From the IMG/VR virus record IMGVR_UViG_3300042556_003278: a DNA stretch of 20,839 nt. One strand, written 5' to 3'. The notes under the pieces were generated by a model. It was not told where the DNA came from. It did no database searches and worked only from the letters and a program-made list of their open reading frames with translations. How positions within the stretch are numbered: position 1 is the stretch's first letter; every line of letters begins with the position of its first letter. Both the position numbers and the translations under genes were made by a program. The DNA comes from an uncultured virus (IMG/VR IMGVR_UViG_3300042556_003278) (taxonomy: Duplodnaviria > Heunggongvirae > Uroviricota > Caudoviricetes). This document shows positions 11,301 to 16,979 of the stretch, in pieces.

Positions 11301-12008
11301 GGGGCTATTATGGATTTGTCTCGCAACCAGACGGCGCAAGGGCGGCCGATTTACAACGAGCAAGATACCGCATACAACAAAACTACGGCTTCGATTGGCC
11401 ATCTTTGGCGCGTCATGGGTCCGGGGGTGCTCGTCGGTTCGGGCAACCGGATCATGCTGGCGGCCGAGGGCACGGTGCTGCCCAGTGGCCGGTCATTTGA
11501 TTTAAGCAACGAAGTTACGGGCATGTTCGCGGGCCAACGCCTTTCGGAACAAGACTTTCGTATGAGTCTTGACGACAAGGTCAAACAATACATAGCGGCC
11601 AGGGCGGACGCCACGCAGTTGTTTTCGCGAGTGTTCTCAAGCCAAGGAACGGTGGACCTGAAAGATATCGGTCCGGCCTACGACAACGCCGAGCGGGCGC
11701 ATCGCGAGCAATTTGAAATGATATCTCAGGCGTTTGAAGACGCCCAACTGATGGGCGTCCCCCGCAAGGATGCGATTCAAATTTTATTGGGGTCGGGCGG
11801 GCGTGGGGTTTCCAAGGACGTGGTCCGTGAAGTCTTGGCTGGGCGTTACCAGCGCTGGATGCCGACGGATGTCCAGATGAAGGGCGCGGCTCGTGGGTTG
11901 GTGCCCGACGGACGGGCTCGCCTCAAAGCGCTGCAGGAGCACTTACAGCGCGTAAAGCAGTTTGATCGCCAGCGCAAAGAGGAGGAACGGGACTCCGCAG
12001 AGCAGTAG
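2316..12008 (+). CDS. 3230-aa large polyvalent virion/DNA-ejection protein with zincin-like (HEHRH) and ART-like domains
   Basis: Single 9.7-kb ORF. It has Ala/Gly-rich hydrophobic N-terminal segments, Pro/Ala linkers, HEHRH at 7197-7211, WHGT...GPGIYF...NEIVI at ~8193-8462, and a long helical C-terminal region (YLHRSY, VRNFLGN, DDFWKI, IPTYS, SYLDPF) of the type seen in large injected phage proteins. Confidence 0.8.
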   Translation: MLRKPRSWVEIEEDEEFQSLAPDRKLKILNDWSTAVQDYGLSTGATPDNAGFGKIRGFRDQKAQEYETLLNPPAEPDKPFFRLGDVASALGGVPKDLYYGVPVAARRLGEGLVRPDQYSAESQQAFAEERRRLEEEQKLQQERELRGESSTMGDWIRQASDSAAFSIANMGVALPASAAAGAAVSAAFPPAAPITGPLTTAAAAGAAMLTSAPVAYRIAGNQFLDDAFNELTKQKGEPLTEEERDKAYNELLPIAQNTALWEAGPEAVGNAVTLGVGKFVFGFGKDAAVDLAAKALGKAGQTASKDFAAGAALKSLQAAGVKAPSAELIEATADKAMKEAAKTGIRRAVEKSAAVLGDVGVETTTEAITQTQQGYDQGRMQQYVQTGSTEGAVNEYEGLAGFGKAYKEVFGPTIATLGMFGATAGGIKAASMALPGNNQKKKEETIDNIVAGAAAIADNLNKSGAPQTAKAMSDVAAKQASAVLRTQQNEEDLVDETTRELLDDLEAKAAEEKKNQPGKPTATFDTPEAESLDALERYRRGELTMDQLAATNARLQIQQRNVARGEGDNPLQQYVDKSKLYSNDVLNLLSQYGGIEAETLADVSNPEAVVAWLQRNDIGPRNRAWRGRELTPFGDQGAGTPLFDQAPKPAAVTLTPAPAPAPEPVVEEPPAAVKIPDQFTPDALAAQPDDEFNENERVVAGAVERLPEGDPRRVAAQQALSNIQAERARRTPAPAAATPAPAAVTPTPAPATPASAAPAPAPAPAPAPAPETPDVDPYSPEELAKLTDDELDEEATLAQRRAELVGTFGNMGVGVEAEAAEANDVLGKVTAEINRRKQPAAPGATNPFEQSGVVVTGTGGVPTDPNRLDATTLEQKNPLGLRVAAKAPSGEVVVGKTGEAHFNLEYPEGSDLGFVDRDGNYLTRAEAAKAQTQALSSAMAPASPTPASSASGVTTTQPKPTATAPKPATQEGDLVLTNDPLPEAPKNQQPKPRQQVGPSPDQPELSLPEGTEGAPRDAGLTQGLRAQGTKVTKPSEAEAQYREQLMAEARAARRISPVRSVDQVAEELKGKFWVPATFRSEVRRRAYARQLLDAARDARFAEAGVTPQRVNPESATENEIYEKALARRSVPSLKTIYGRLTKEAGVSTKKSGNLQQDAANQAKTDQLRDQARAVSTEANRVAAASLGIPNPEAITFAPDYTGKTNNLPQRNTVREDGVSVVENVFVNDPEITARQIDRGMEVTVPKEMRGSVIDGITFNRKTGKVTAAASTMGDGIIVSKPGQLESYAGDVRTKLEENFTIPEEGRGDALVERVRNFEPKKQEEFRRIQREISEATVNLPGEYDGRVKYAAMIIAGEALDKNVSINATTALKQSFRKFFDKIKRREGVFKLSLDAGVNADDDTTWIDLTPDPTGDAADTRSPGGRVGAQTKRVDKRGTDRLQRVMTVAEAEKTVAGINSKLEFGEQLTEAEQALFDPARRMLMTRDTLQAQGALNKIPANRRRGLTMSELEELGGQGIRGFAEEQTQDLRTDLPDDAVQSADSLVNPDDERTEVSQDAIRRTIELIEQAAQEFLGINNIQDTRVASTRMYVTPGEPNTVFINAENLARDLDGVDPDAALAYLKKLLNHEHRHLGLFRGVSRITLDEIGVSLTKKQLREIAETYYANYTFNSEELREQAIQKFIGVAGMSDAELRGIVNGTNGLLIIPTNASRNPRYGLTETQLRDFGNQTIDTIRKLLSPALKDKASVLQEFKNKTEFVSTIPKLDAIRTAVSSTDIIDAFVRSGFVYESTVVEKDVATQSRQTLSSSKYTLAAVEYITILSERLQSGESVQDIGEIPKTIVAKVIAALKAVLRQLQTRLLLVRQQNAVFSQAIKNLESGIKALEMESRLGEAIDAATAGDQAALDAIYQSEAGLTAPQDDVTPQMDADYLAAVERGDMETAQRMVDEAARAAGYTVEAWHGTKKDFEVFERSKTGSLGPGIYFFLTENAAQEWAKSNRLSGGQSRVVKVLLNTGNVFDVDAINSGDVAVSDSFNPNATTLRAGNEIVIQDSSQAKSADPVARDAQGNVIPLSQRFNAESDNIFMSEADFGVDDNGEVRPVGPLDRISYSVKINGIRVETTAKDPQIAARNAVFRMFKAREAVPFEGQTYRSPQALIKAITASGSRVFGAANWGRKFSKPTVRKAVDGTAMLPARPSEQAELPLIFPSMAQTARVRVGQASPDGRPKGGFWDNLKAMVRGRYSETKRKVGGITSSGRATPLEREVIAKQQAKIQSLMFKVETITKSLGRELKKVRKANKEAVPPELINTALGTTENPYTDDQVKQLNKTKDAKARAKLQEQFRADNVKEARRMSNEALAQLPGYNPKYDGVDQFHTGVAKHVLDMRNYVDELSRFLMEGGYIPANLKAVIETNLGVYLHRSYTIYDNPLWKKFMFDPQTDEHLRIRADAMRLFNRYAVAEIARELRDEAQKSGAPISQRDALRLASRQRDKIADRASNLLTEYLSVADDKSYNFFVTGELPGERKLDIIKVRGQIPKEIRELWGEIKDAETNFTKTIGKMAGFIAATDTSRELVRIGLENNYMWKKGVSKGERPAGFHLIYKKGEVNPSAVSPLDDVYAPEEVGAFMRSFRDRKTLDGWAKYFSFFTAQTMAMKTIGNPPQSYVRNFLGNILLMINAGYVMPTAPGQMWQSMKKAAKVALSSSNLRLDEAMTQTVQEAIARGLVADNVESSLMKEMVDESVGEAGFKQLYEARAFETAFEKAKRKSTGAIRTSFNALAKVYQGVDDFWKIFAFEMEKFQQRKAHPKWSAEQLADEAARRVRDKIPTYSLSPELTKEIRRIPFLAPFITWTSEVIRTSANNLAIAREDIRVGNETGNRQMRQNGYRAIYGAGAAYAFFPVLAAITKSMFGYDEEDEDAYRRGLPEYEQNATLIFYGPREDGRASHFNVSYLDPFQMRLEGPTAFFRALRNEEPLTDASIAALREVLRPVFSEQLFFGAIMDLSRNQTAQGRPIYNEQDTAYNKTTASIGHLWRVMGPGVLVGSGNRIMLAAEGTVLPSGRSFDLSNEVTGMFAGQRLSEQDFRMSLDDKVKQYIAARADATQLFSRVFSSQGTVDLKDIGPAYDNAERAHREQFEMISQAFEDAQLMGVPRKDAIQILLGSGGRGVSKDVVREVLAGRYQRWMPTDVQMKGAARGLVPDGRARLKALQEHLQRVKQFDRQRKEEERDSAEQ
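4505..4626 (+). repeat. Low-complexity GCACCN-type repeats encoding an (AP)n/TPAPA linker
   Basis: gcaccagctcccgcacctgcacctgcaccagcaccggcacct translates to APAPAPAPAPAPAP, in frame within the giant ORF. Confidence 0.85.
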
Positions 12009-12086
12009 GATGCCGACGAAGTTCAGTGTCCCGACAATCACGAGGTTGTAAAATACTTCGATTAGGTTGGTTATTATTTTCATATT

Positions 12087-12680
12087 ATGTTGAGGCTAAT
12101 GCGTAGGGATGTGGTCCCGCATGGGGGGTGGGTTTACACCCAACTCCCCACGGGAACCGAAATTAAAGCGCCGACATGGCAGGAACTTCTGCGGCGCGTC
12201 CGCCGTTTTCGTATAGCGAACGGGATTCATATCGAAAGGGATTTCGAGGAGGCGCTCGGCCAGGAGATTTGTCGGCAACAGAACTGGCCCGAGGCGATCT
12301 GCCGGGAGGAAGCGCCGCCGACTGTCGAAAAACGACAGTTGGGCACAATGGACGTGGTCAATTTCCTCAAAGTCTTGAAGCACTGGGTCTTCCATACCCC
12401 TGCTTTGGTCGAGCCGGAGGAGGCCGACCGGCGCGCGGCGATTTGCGCGGCGTGTCCCTACAATGTGGACGCGGTCGGGTGTTTCGGCTGTGCCAACGTG
12501 GCTGGGATGATCTTCGACGTCGTCAACGACCGGTCGACGCCTCACGACGGACAACTCAAGAACTGCCAGGTGTGTGGTTGTGTGAATCGTGCTCAAGTGT
12601 GGGTGCCCAAGGAAACCCTGGACAAGGGTGTGACAGCGGAGATGCGGGAGGATTTTCCCGATCACTGCTGGAAGAAGTGA
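12087..12680 (+). CDS. Cys-rich putative metal-binding hypothetical protein (197 aa)
   Basis: Motifs CAACPYN, CFGC, CQVCGC and terminal DHCW. Follows an AT-rich leader and ends at the convergent hairpin. Confidence 0.75.
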   Translation: MLRLMRRDVVPHGGWVYTQLPTGTEIKAPTWQELLRRVRRFRIANGIHIERDFEEALGQEICRQQNWPEAICREEAPPTVEKRQLGTMDVVNFLKVLKHWVFHTPALVEPEEADRRAAICAACPYNVDAVGCFGCANVAGMIFDVVNDRSTPHDGQLKNCQVCGCVNRAQVWVPKETLDKGVTAEMREDFPDHCWKK

Positions 12681-12706
12681 GAAGGGGGCCTTGCGGCCCC
12701 CGTTCT
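12680..12706. terminator. GC-rich hairpin between convergent units, probable (possibly bidirectional) terminator
   Basis: agaa-gggggcc-ttgc-ggccccc-g-ttct is a 7-bp perfect GC stem extended by agaa/ttct. On the - strand the loop is GCAA and the tail is pyrimidine-rich (ttctcacttctt). There is no classic U-run. Confidence 0.7.
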
Positions 12707-13025
12707 ACCTTAGCGGCGCTTCTTGATCGAAGCTGGCTTGGCCGGTTTCGGCGTCATTTTGCTTTTGCCCATGTTGTTTCACCTCCTCTCGCAGTAGTTG
12801 CCCGAAGTCGGGCTGGTAAGTCCGCATGAGCGGATCGTAAATTTTTCCCGGCGGAGCCGTCATTTTTCGCCACGTATCTACAATGTTGATCCACGAAGTT
12901 TCCAAGGGCGCATTCCACTCGTGGACCGGGGGAAAGTTGTGCGGGGCGGTGTGTTTCCAGTTGGGGTTGGTGCAGGCTGTGAGCAGCAGGACCAGGGCTG
13001 TTGGTGCAGGGGACCAGGGGTTCAC
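12705..13025 (-). CDS. Putative lipoprotein (106 aa)
   Basis: Short hydrophobic N-terminus ending in the lipobox-like LLLTA-C, followed by a Pro/Trp-rich mature part. The GTG start overlaps the upstream stop. Confidence 0.6.
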   Translation of the reverse strand: MNPWSPAPTALVLLLTACTNPNWKHTAPHNFPPVHEWNAPLETSWINIVDTWRKMTAPPGKIYDPLMRTYQPDFGQLLREEVKQHGQKQNDAETGQASFDQEAPLR

Positions 13026-13222
13026 TCGGCGTTTTGGATGTCGAAGGTCGGGTTTTGCAGGACGCAGAACTGTTCGCTGCGGAAGTGGCGGATCACTCCG
13101 TCCTTCTCTAGCACCACGGCAAAGACGTCATTGGCGAACGTGCCGCCGTCGCGCACATACATAAGCCAGCCGTAACCGATGTCGGTTTTGACCGGCACAG
13201 GGTTTTTGAATTCGTGGATCAT
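13022..13222 (-). CDS. Small phage hypothetical protein (66 aa)
   Basis: ATG start, 4-nt overlap with the next gene, and a beta-rich NPVPVKT..GYG...NPTF pattern resembling common aquatic-phage small proteins. Confidence 0.7.
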   Translation of the reverse strand: MIHEFKNPVPVKTDIGYGWLMYVRDGGTFANDVFAVVLEKDGVIRHFRSEQFCVLQNPTFDIQNAE

Positions 13223-13268
13223 AAAAAGTGCGGAACACAGACGAAGGGCCTCGGCTGTGTCCCTCGCA
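13223..13268 (-). terminator. Hairpin plus T5 tract, possible intrinsic terminator/attenuator
   Basis: The minus strand reads tgcga-gggacacag-ccgaggcccttcgt-ctgtgttcc-gca-cttttt-ATG. Confidence 0.5.
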
Positions 13269-13306
13269 TGAGCGTCGGTCTCGCGTTAAGTCCCATCCCG
13301 CTCCTG

Positions 13307-14011
13307 CTAAATTGTTTCCGGCACCAAAGTGCGAAGTTCATGTTCGTGGTTCTCCAGGCCGTCCCAGGACCGGAACTGGCGGACGAAGACCTGACCGTTG
13401 TGCGGGTCCATCCAGGCGAACTTGTCGCGGTGTTTCTCGTAGGCGTAAGCGCCCAGGACATTGAACTCGGAGAAGCTGCGGTAGGGCCGGTTGGTGATGT
13501 ATTGTTCGAGCGACATGCTGTGCCGCTCTTCGAGAAAGAGCCGCACCTCGACGTGCAGCCAGCGCGGATACATAAACGGGTGCCGCCGCATGAACTCATA
13601 CTGGGGCTCCCAGCCCAGCACTTCGGTCACGATGGGCTGCCAGGGCTCGCGTCCCACCTTTTCGTAGGGCTCGTAGTAGACGATCGGTTTGCCATCGACC
13701 ATAAGCGAAAGCGGCGACATGGGTTTAGTCAGCACGGTGTCCGAGTCCCAATGCAAAATGTATTCGGCGTCGGAGTAGACGTCGGCCATGAGCTTGCTGA
13801 TTTGCTGACCCAGGTAGTCGTCGCCGTAGATCGGGCACTCGTGGACTTGCTCGGCGGTCAGGTGGGCCAACAGGTGACTGTCACCCGCAGGCACAATAAC
13901 ATGGTAGTTGCGGAGCCCCTTGGCATGGCGGTGCAGGGAGCGCAGGGCATAGGCGAGCCATCCGAAATCGCCGCGATAGGAGCGAAGGACTAAGTCTGTG
14001 ACGGGATACAT
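13307..14011 (-). CDS. GT-A-like nucleotide-sugar transferase (DUF6492-like), 234 aa
   Basis: N-terminal DLVLRSY...LRSL pattern, GYLGQQ-like 'YLGQQISKL' motif and a DxD motif in YILHWDSDTVL. Adjacent to an FkbM methyltransferase. Confidence 0.65.
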   Translation of the reverse strand: MYPVTDLVLRSYRGDFGWLAYALRSLHRHAKGLRNYHVIVPAGDSHLLAHLTAEQVHECPIYGDDYLGQQISKLMADVYSDAEYILHWDSDTVLTKPMSPLSLMVDGKPIVYYEPYEKVGREPWQPIVTEVLGWEPQYEFMRRHPFMYPRWLHVEVRLFLEERHSMSLEQYITNRPYRSFSEFNVLGAYAYEKHRDKFAWMDPHNGQVFVRQFRSWDGLENHEHELRTLVPETI

Positions 14012-14646
14012 AGGATGTCGTATTGAGGACCACGGTCTTCCGGGTAGCAGGTGACGTCGTAGCCGAATTCTTTTTCGATGAGCCAGTGAAGGTCGGCCGG
14101 GGTTTTTTTACGACCGGCCAGGGCGCTCTCGTTGACCTCGACCCAGAGGACCGGCTTGTGCTGCGAGATGGTCTGGTGCGCTCCGACCAGGGCTTCGTAT
14201 TCGCAGCCTTCAATGTCGAGTTTGAAGAAGTCCAGTCGCCGGAGGTTCAGGGAATCAAGGGTCGAGAGGGGGACTGAGCCGATTCCGCTGCCGATTCGGC
14301 TTGCTCCGGCGTTGGCATCGAAGTGGTAGTCGGCCAGGAAGTCATGATCGGAGAGCCCAGCGTTGAAGGTCACGGCCTGCGGGCAGTTGTGGCAGAGACA
14401 GGAGTAGGCGGCGGGGTTGGGTTCGAAGGCAAAGACCTTGCCTTGCGGGCCCACAGCCTTGAGATAGGCGATCGTGTGGTCGCCGATGAAGGCCCCGGCA
14501 TCCACGACCCAGTCGCCCGCTTTGATGTGCGGCAGGATCAGGCCGATCGAGTAAACGTCATGGTCCAGGCGGCGCTCCTCCTCGACCCATTTGGAGATGT
14601 GGGTGTCGCCCTCGATGACCGCGATGCCGTTGTCCAGGATCTTCAT
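13990..14646 (-). CDS. FkbM-family SAM-dependent methyltransferase (218 aa)
   Basis: Motifs VVDAGAFIGDHT, VFAFEPNP, TLDSL and DFFKLDIEGCEYEALVGA...KPVLWVE. Confidence 0.92.
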   Translation of the reverse strand: MKILDNGIAVIEGDTHISKWVEEERRLDHDVYSIGLILPHIKAGDWVVDAGAFIGDHTIAYLKAVGPQGKVFAFEPNPAAYSCLCHNCPQAVTFNAGLSDHDFLADYHFDANAGASRIGSGIGSVPLSTLDSLNLRRLDFFKLDIEGCEYEALVGAHQTISQHKPVLWVEVNESALAGRKKTPADLHWLIEKEFGYDVTCYPEDRGPQYDILCIPSQT

Positions 14647-14906
14647 ATCGTGTAACTGCTTAGGTAGATAGGTGTGCGCGGCCCGAGATAGGCGCAGGAG
14701 ATGTTGAAGTCGAAATACTCGACCGCTTCTTCGTAGGACATGTCGCGTTCGAGGACTTGAATAACTCGAACAGTATCGTAGACGACAACGTCGTTGCCGT
14801 CGGTTTTCTTGGCGACCCCGAGAATGGCCGCATCAAAGTCTTGATCGTCCAGGAACATAAGTTCTGGACCGAAGGTTTCAGATAACTTTTCACGAAGGTT
14901 GATCAC
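14643..14906 (-). CDS. Conserved acidic phage hypothetical protein (87 aa)
   Basis: The FDAAILG...VVYD...MSYEEAVEYFDFNI..AYLG..TP pattern is familiar from aquatic phage genomes. 4-nt overlaps on both sides. Confidence 0.8.
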   Translation of the reverse strand: MINLREKLSETFGPELMFLDDQDFDAAILGVAKKTDGNDVVVYDTVRVIQVLERDMSYEEAVEYFDFNISCAYLGPRTPIYLSSYTI

Positions 14907-15073
14907 TCAATACCGGCGAACTTGGCAAACTTGGTGGAGGCCAGGACACGGGCGCGGCGCTCCACGCGCTCTTCGTACTCGCGGCGGAACTCGCTCCACA
15001 CGAAACGAACAGCGACCGTAAGGACTATGCCGATAGTGACTCCGCAGATAAATGCTCCCATGGTTGCGCTCAT
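14903..15073 (-). CDS. Small single-pass membrane protein (~56 aa)
   Basis: Start re-called at ATG 15073 (ATGA overlap with the upstream stop). Hydrophobic GAFICGVTIGIVLTVAV is followed by a charged tail. Confidence 0.65.
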   Translation of the reverse strand: MSATMGAFICGVTIGIVLTVAVRFVWSEFRREYEERVERRARVLASTKFAKFAGIE

Positions 15074-15216
15074 CTGGTCGCAAGAAAATAGAGCCCGATG
15101 TTGCTGAAGGCATAGCCAGCGTAGGCCATGCACATGCTCGCGTTGCCCTTGACCCCCTGTTCCAGGGAGACATAGGCATAGATCAGGCCGGTCAGGATGA
15201 TGAGCGAACCCGACAC
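15070..15216 (-). CDS. Small two-helix membrane protein (~48 aa)
   Basis: Start re-called at GTG 15216. MSGSLIILTGLIYAYVSLEQGVKGNASMCMAYAGYAFSNIGLYFLATR resembles a widespread small phage membrane protein. Confidence 0.7.
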   Translation of the reverse strand: MSGSLIILTGLIYAYVSLEQGVKGNASMCMAYAGYAFSNIGLYFLATR

Positions 15217-15220
15217 GGCG

Positions 15221-15403
15221 CTAGACCAAGGCCTTGCCCCGCACGAGGACACTGATGGCGGCGCGCAGGAGCACTCCGGCCAGGATGAAACGCCCGCCAA
15301 CGGTCAAGGCTCTCGCATAGAAAGCCGACTCTTCGGGCTGGATCGGATAGGTTGATTTGGTTTTGCGGGATTTCCGCTTGGGTTTGGTTTTGGTGGTTGT
15401 CAT
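15221..15403 (-). CDS. Small protein with basic N-terminus and hydrophobic C-terminus (60 aa)
   Basis: ATG lies 3 nt after the upstream stop and the ORF fills the gap exactly. Confidence 0.6.
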   Translation of the reverse strand: MTTTKTKPKRKSRKTKSTYPIQPEESAFYARALTVGGRFILAGVLLRAAISVLVRGKALV

Positions 15404-15406
15404 AAA

Positions 15407-15769
15407 TTATTTGTCCAATTTCTTGTGCGCTTCGGCGTAGAGAAACTGGGTCAGGTTGGCGTGCGCTTCTTCGTCTTTGCAGCCGACGTGCTTGAGAAAC
15501 CCCCGTGTGACGTGCACCAGTTCATGGACCAGGGTGCCGAAGGTTCCGTCGTTGTGCGCTTCAGGCCAGGAGTCCAGCCAGATGAAAGCGTAGCAGTCAC
15601 AGACAATGGCCCAGCCGTTGGCGTTTTCGAGTTTGTTGGTGACTTCGACGTCGCAGTGCCGCGCACACTCGGCTTTGGCCGAACGGGTTGAGCCGCCGAC
15701 CTGGATACGGACTTCCAGACCGAAGGTCTTTTCGTTGAGGGTGACGCGGCGAATTTTCACAGCGGCCAC
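15407..15769 (-). CDS. Small zincin-like (HExxH) protein (120 aa)
   Basis: GTLVHELVH followed by DEEAHA, which supplies a candidate third Glu ligand. Confidence 0.75.
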   Translation of the reverse strand: MAAVKIRRVTLNEKTFGLEVRIQVGGSTRSAKAECARHCDVEVTNKLENANGWAIVCDCYAFIWLDSWPEAHNDGTFGTLVHELVHVTRGFLKHVGCKDEEAHANLTQFLYAEAHKKLDK

Positions 15770-15942
15770 TTCTTCAAATGACGAAAATCCCGTGGCTCGG
15801 TCACTTGAGCCGTTAGGTTGCAGATCCCGCAGGTATCCTCATGCCACGTGGAGACGTGTCCCTTGGGCATGCCGTGCCCGTGCTCCAACCCGCAGGTCAG
15901 GCAGATCCAGTCAGGATACGGTTTTTCTTCGTTTGTCTTCAT
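15757..15942 (-). CDS. Small Zn-finger-like protein (~61 aa)
   Basis: Start re-called at ATG 15942. Motif WICLTCG...TWHEDTCGIC...VTEPRDFRHL. Confidence 0.7.
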   Translation of the reverse strand: MKTNEEKPYPDWICLTCGLEHGHGMPKGHVSTWHEDTCGICNLTAQVTEPRDFRHLKKWPL

Positions 15943-16333
15943 GGATGAAGTGCCAGGCCTCCAGGCAGTCGTGGTGGTGCAGGGCCAGGTCCAGGTGCTG
16001 GGTGGCCAGGCGGTCCACCGGCACAATGAACCAGTGGTTCAGGGGTGTGACGTAGGCGGCGATGAGGTCACACTCTTCCAGCGTGTAGCTGTGTTTGACC
16101 TTGCGCCCGTGGTGCAAGTTGACGCGATAGCGACCCCGGCAATCGGCTTTGTGACAGCTCTTGATCTGGATACGCCGCAGGCCTTTGGGGGTGTCGACAA
16201 CCACGTCATAGCGGCAGTCTTCCCCGTAAGGCATGTTGACTTTCCAGCCGCGTTTCATGCACTCGGCCATGAAGAGGAGCTGGTTTTTCTCCCCCAAATG
16301 TTTCCAGTTGGTTTCATGGTCTTGCTGCCGCAT
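15911..16333 (-). CDS. PD-(D/E)XK endonuclease, group-I-intron-associated type (PDDEXK_5-like), 140 aa
   Basis: Motifs GE...F...C...GW.V..PYGEDCRYDVVVD...RIQIKS...Y...ECDLIAAY. Confidence 0.85.
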   Translation of the reverse strand: MRQQDHETNWKHLGEKNQLLFMAECMKRGWKVNMPYGEDCRYDVVVDTPKGLRRIQIKSCHKADCRGRYRVNLHHGRKVKHSYTLEECDLIAAYVTPLNHWFIVPVDRLATQHLDLALHHHDCLEAWHFIHEDKRRKTVS

Positions 16334-16342
16334 GGGGCTTTG

Positions 16343-16525
16343 TTACTTCTTCACGTAGCCGTGCGCGTCGCTGGGCCAGCCCCGGTTGAAGTCGTCGCAC
16401 TGCGCCAGGCTGAGCAGCGTTAAGCCCATGAGCAAAGCGCAGACGATGATAGTAGCGAACTTGTGCCGCGCCCGAGCCAGCTCGTGGTTCTCGTAGCGCA
16501 GGTAGTCGAGGTCTTCGGGTTTCAC
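16343..16525 (-). CDS. Small membrane/secreted protein (60 aa)
   Basis: ATGA-coupled to the upstream gene. Hydrophobic segment FATIIVCALLMGLTLLSLA. Confidence 0.65.
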   Translation of the reverse strand: MKPEDLDYLRYENHELARARHKFATIIVCALLMGLTLLSLAQCDDFNRGWPSDAHGYVKK

Positions 16526-16737
16526 TTCATGCTCCGGTTGGCCGACTTGGAGGTGACGCGCAGGTTGGTGGCCGCGTTGTGCAAGCCGCTGACATGATGG
16601 ACATCATTGCCGTCGCCCTTGCGGACGAGGCCTTTGGCTTCCATTTGTCGACGGGCGGCGTTGCGGATGGCCCGGCGCTTCTTTTGCTCCTCGGTCCCTT
16701 GGTAGGTTTTGTATTCGTTTTGGTAGTCTCTACTCAC
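16522..16737 (-). CDS. Minimal HNH-like protein (71 aa)
   Basis: RDY..EY...RAIRNAARR...KGDGNDVHH....N...NLRV....NR gives H-N-N spacing typical of small phage HNH proteins. Confidence 0.75.
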   Translation of the reverse strand: MSRDYQNEYKTYQGTEEQKKRRAIRNAARRQMEAKGLVRKGDGNDVHHVSGLHNAATNLRVTSKSANRSMK

Positions 16738-16972
16738 GAGGCAGAATGAGCTGGGGGTTGATGATGATGTTATTCTCGGGAGCCGGGGCTTCGGGCTCCG
16801 AGGTCAACTGCGGCAGTTCGGATTGCTCGCTGAGCAACAGAACCGTGTCGGCGAGTTTGAGAGACAACACCGCAACGGTGCCGATCTCAAAACTCTTGTC
16901 TGATGGTATGCTTGCCAGAATCCCGTTAAGGGCGTGCCCGGCCAGCATCAGTCTGTGGTCTTCTTTTCTCAT
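16730..16972 (-). CDS. Small helical phage hypothetical protein (80 aa)
   Basis: R..LAGHALNGILAS...A..S.KLADTVL resembles the common phage 'A..A.QG.LA...A...ADA.L' helical hairpin family. Confidence 0.7.
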   Translation of the reverse strand: MRKEDHRLMLAGHALNGILASIPSDKSFEIGTVAVLSLKLADTVLLLSEQSELPQLTSEPEAPAPENNIIINPQLILPRE

Positions 16973-16979
16973 AAAAATT

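Noticed and set aside
76..11614. Many long antisense and alternate-frame ORFs (e.g. 3252..4487 -, 5766..6788 -, 8436..9122 -)
   Set aside because: They are shadows of GC-rich coding on the + strand and show no recognisable motifs.
2316..12008. Giant ORF as virion RNA polymerase, DarB-type methylase/helicase or intein-containing protein
   Set aside because: I found no DxDGD or T7-type polymerase motifs, no NPP(Y/F) or Walker/DExD helicase motifs, and no intein splice motifs.
12040..12086. Sigma70 promoter upstream of the Cys-rich gene
   Set aside because: The region is AT-rich, but the candidate -35/-10 boxes (TTGTAA...TATTAT) are 20 nt apart, so the call is not supportable.
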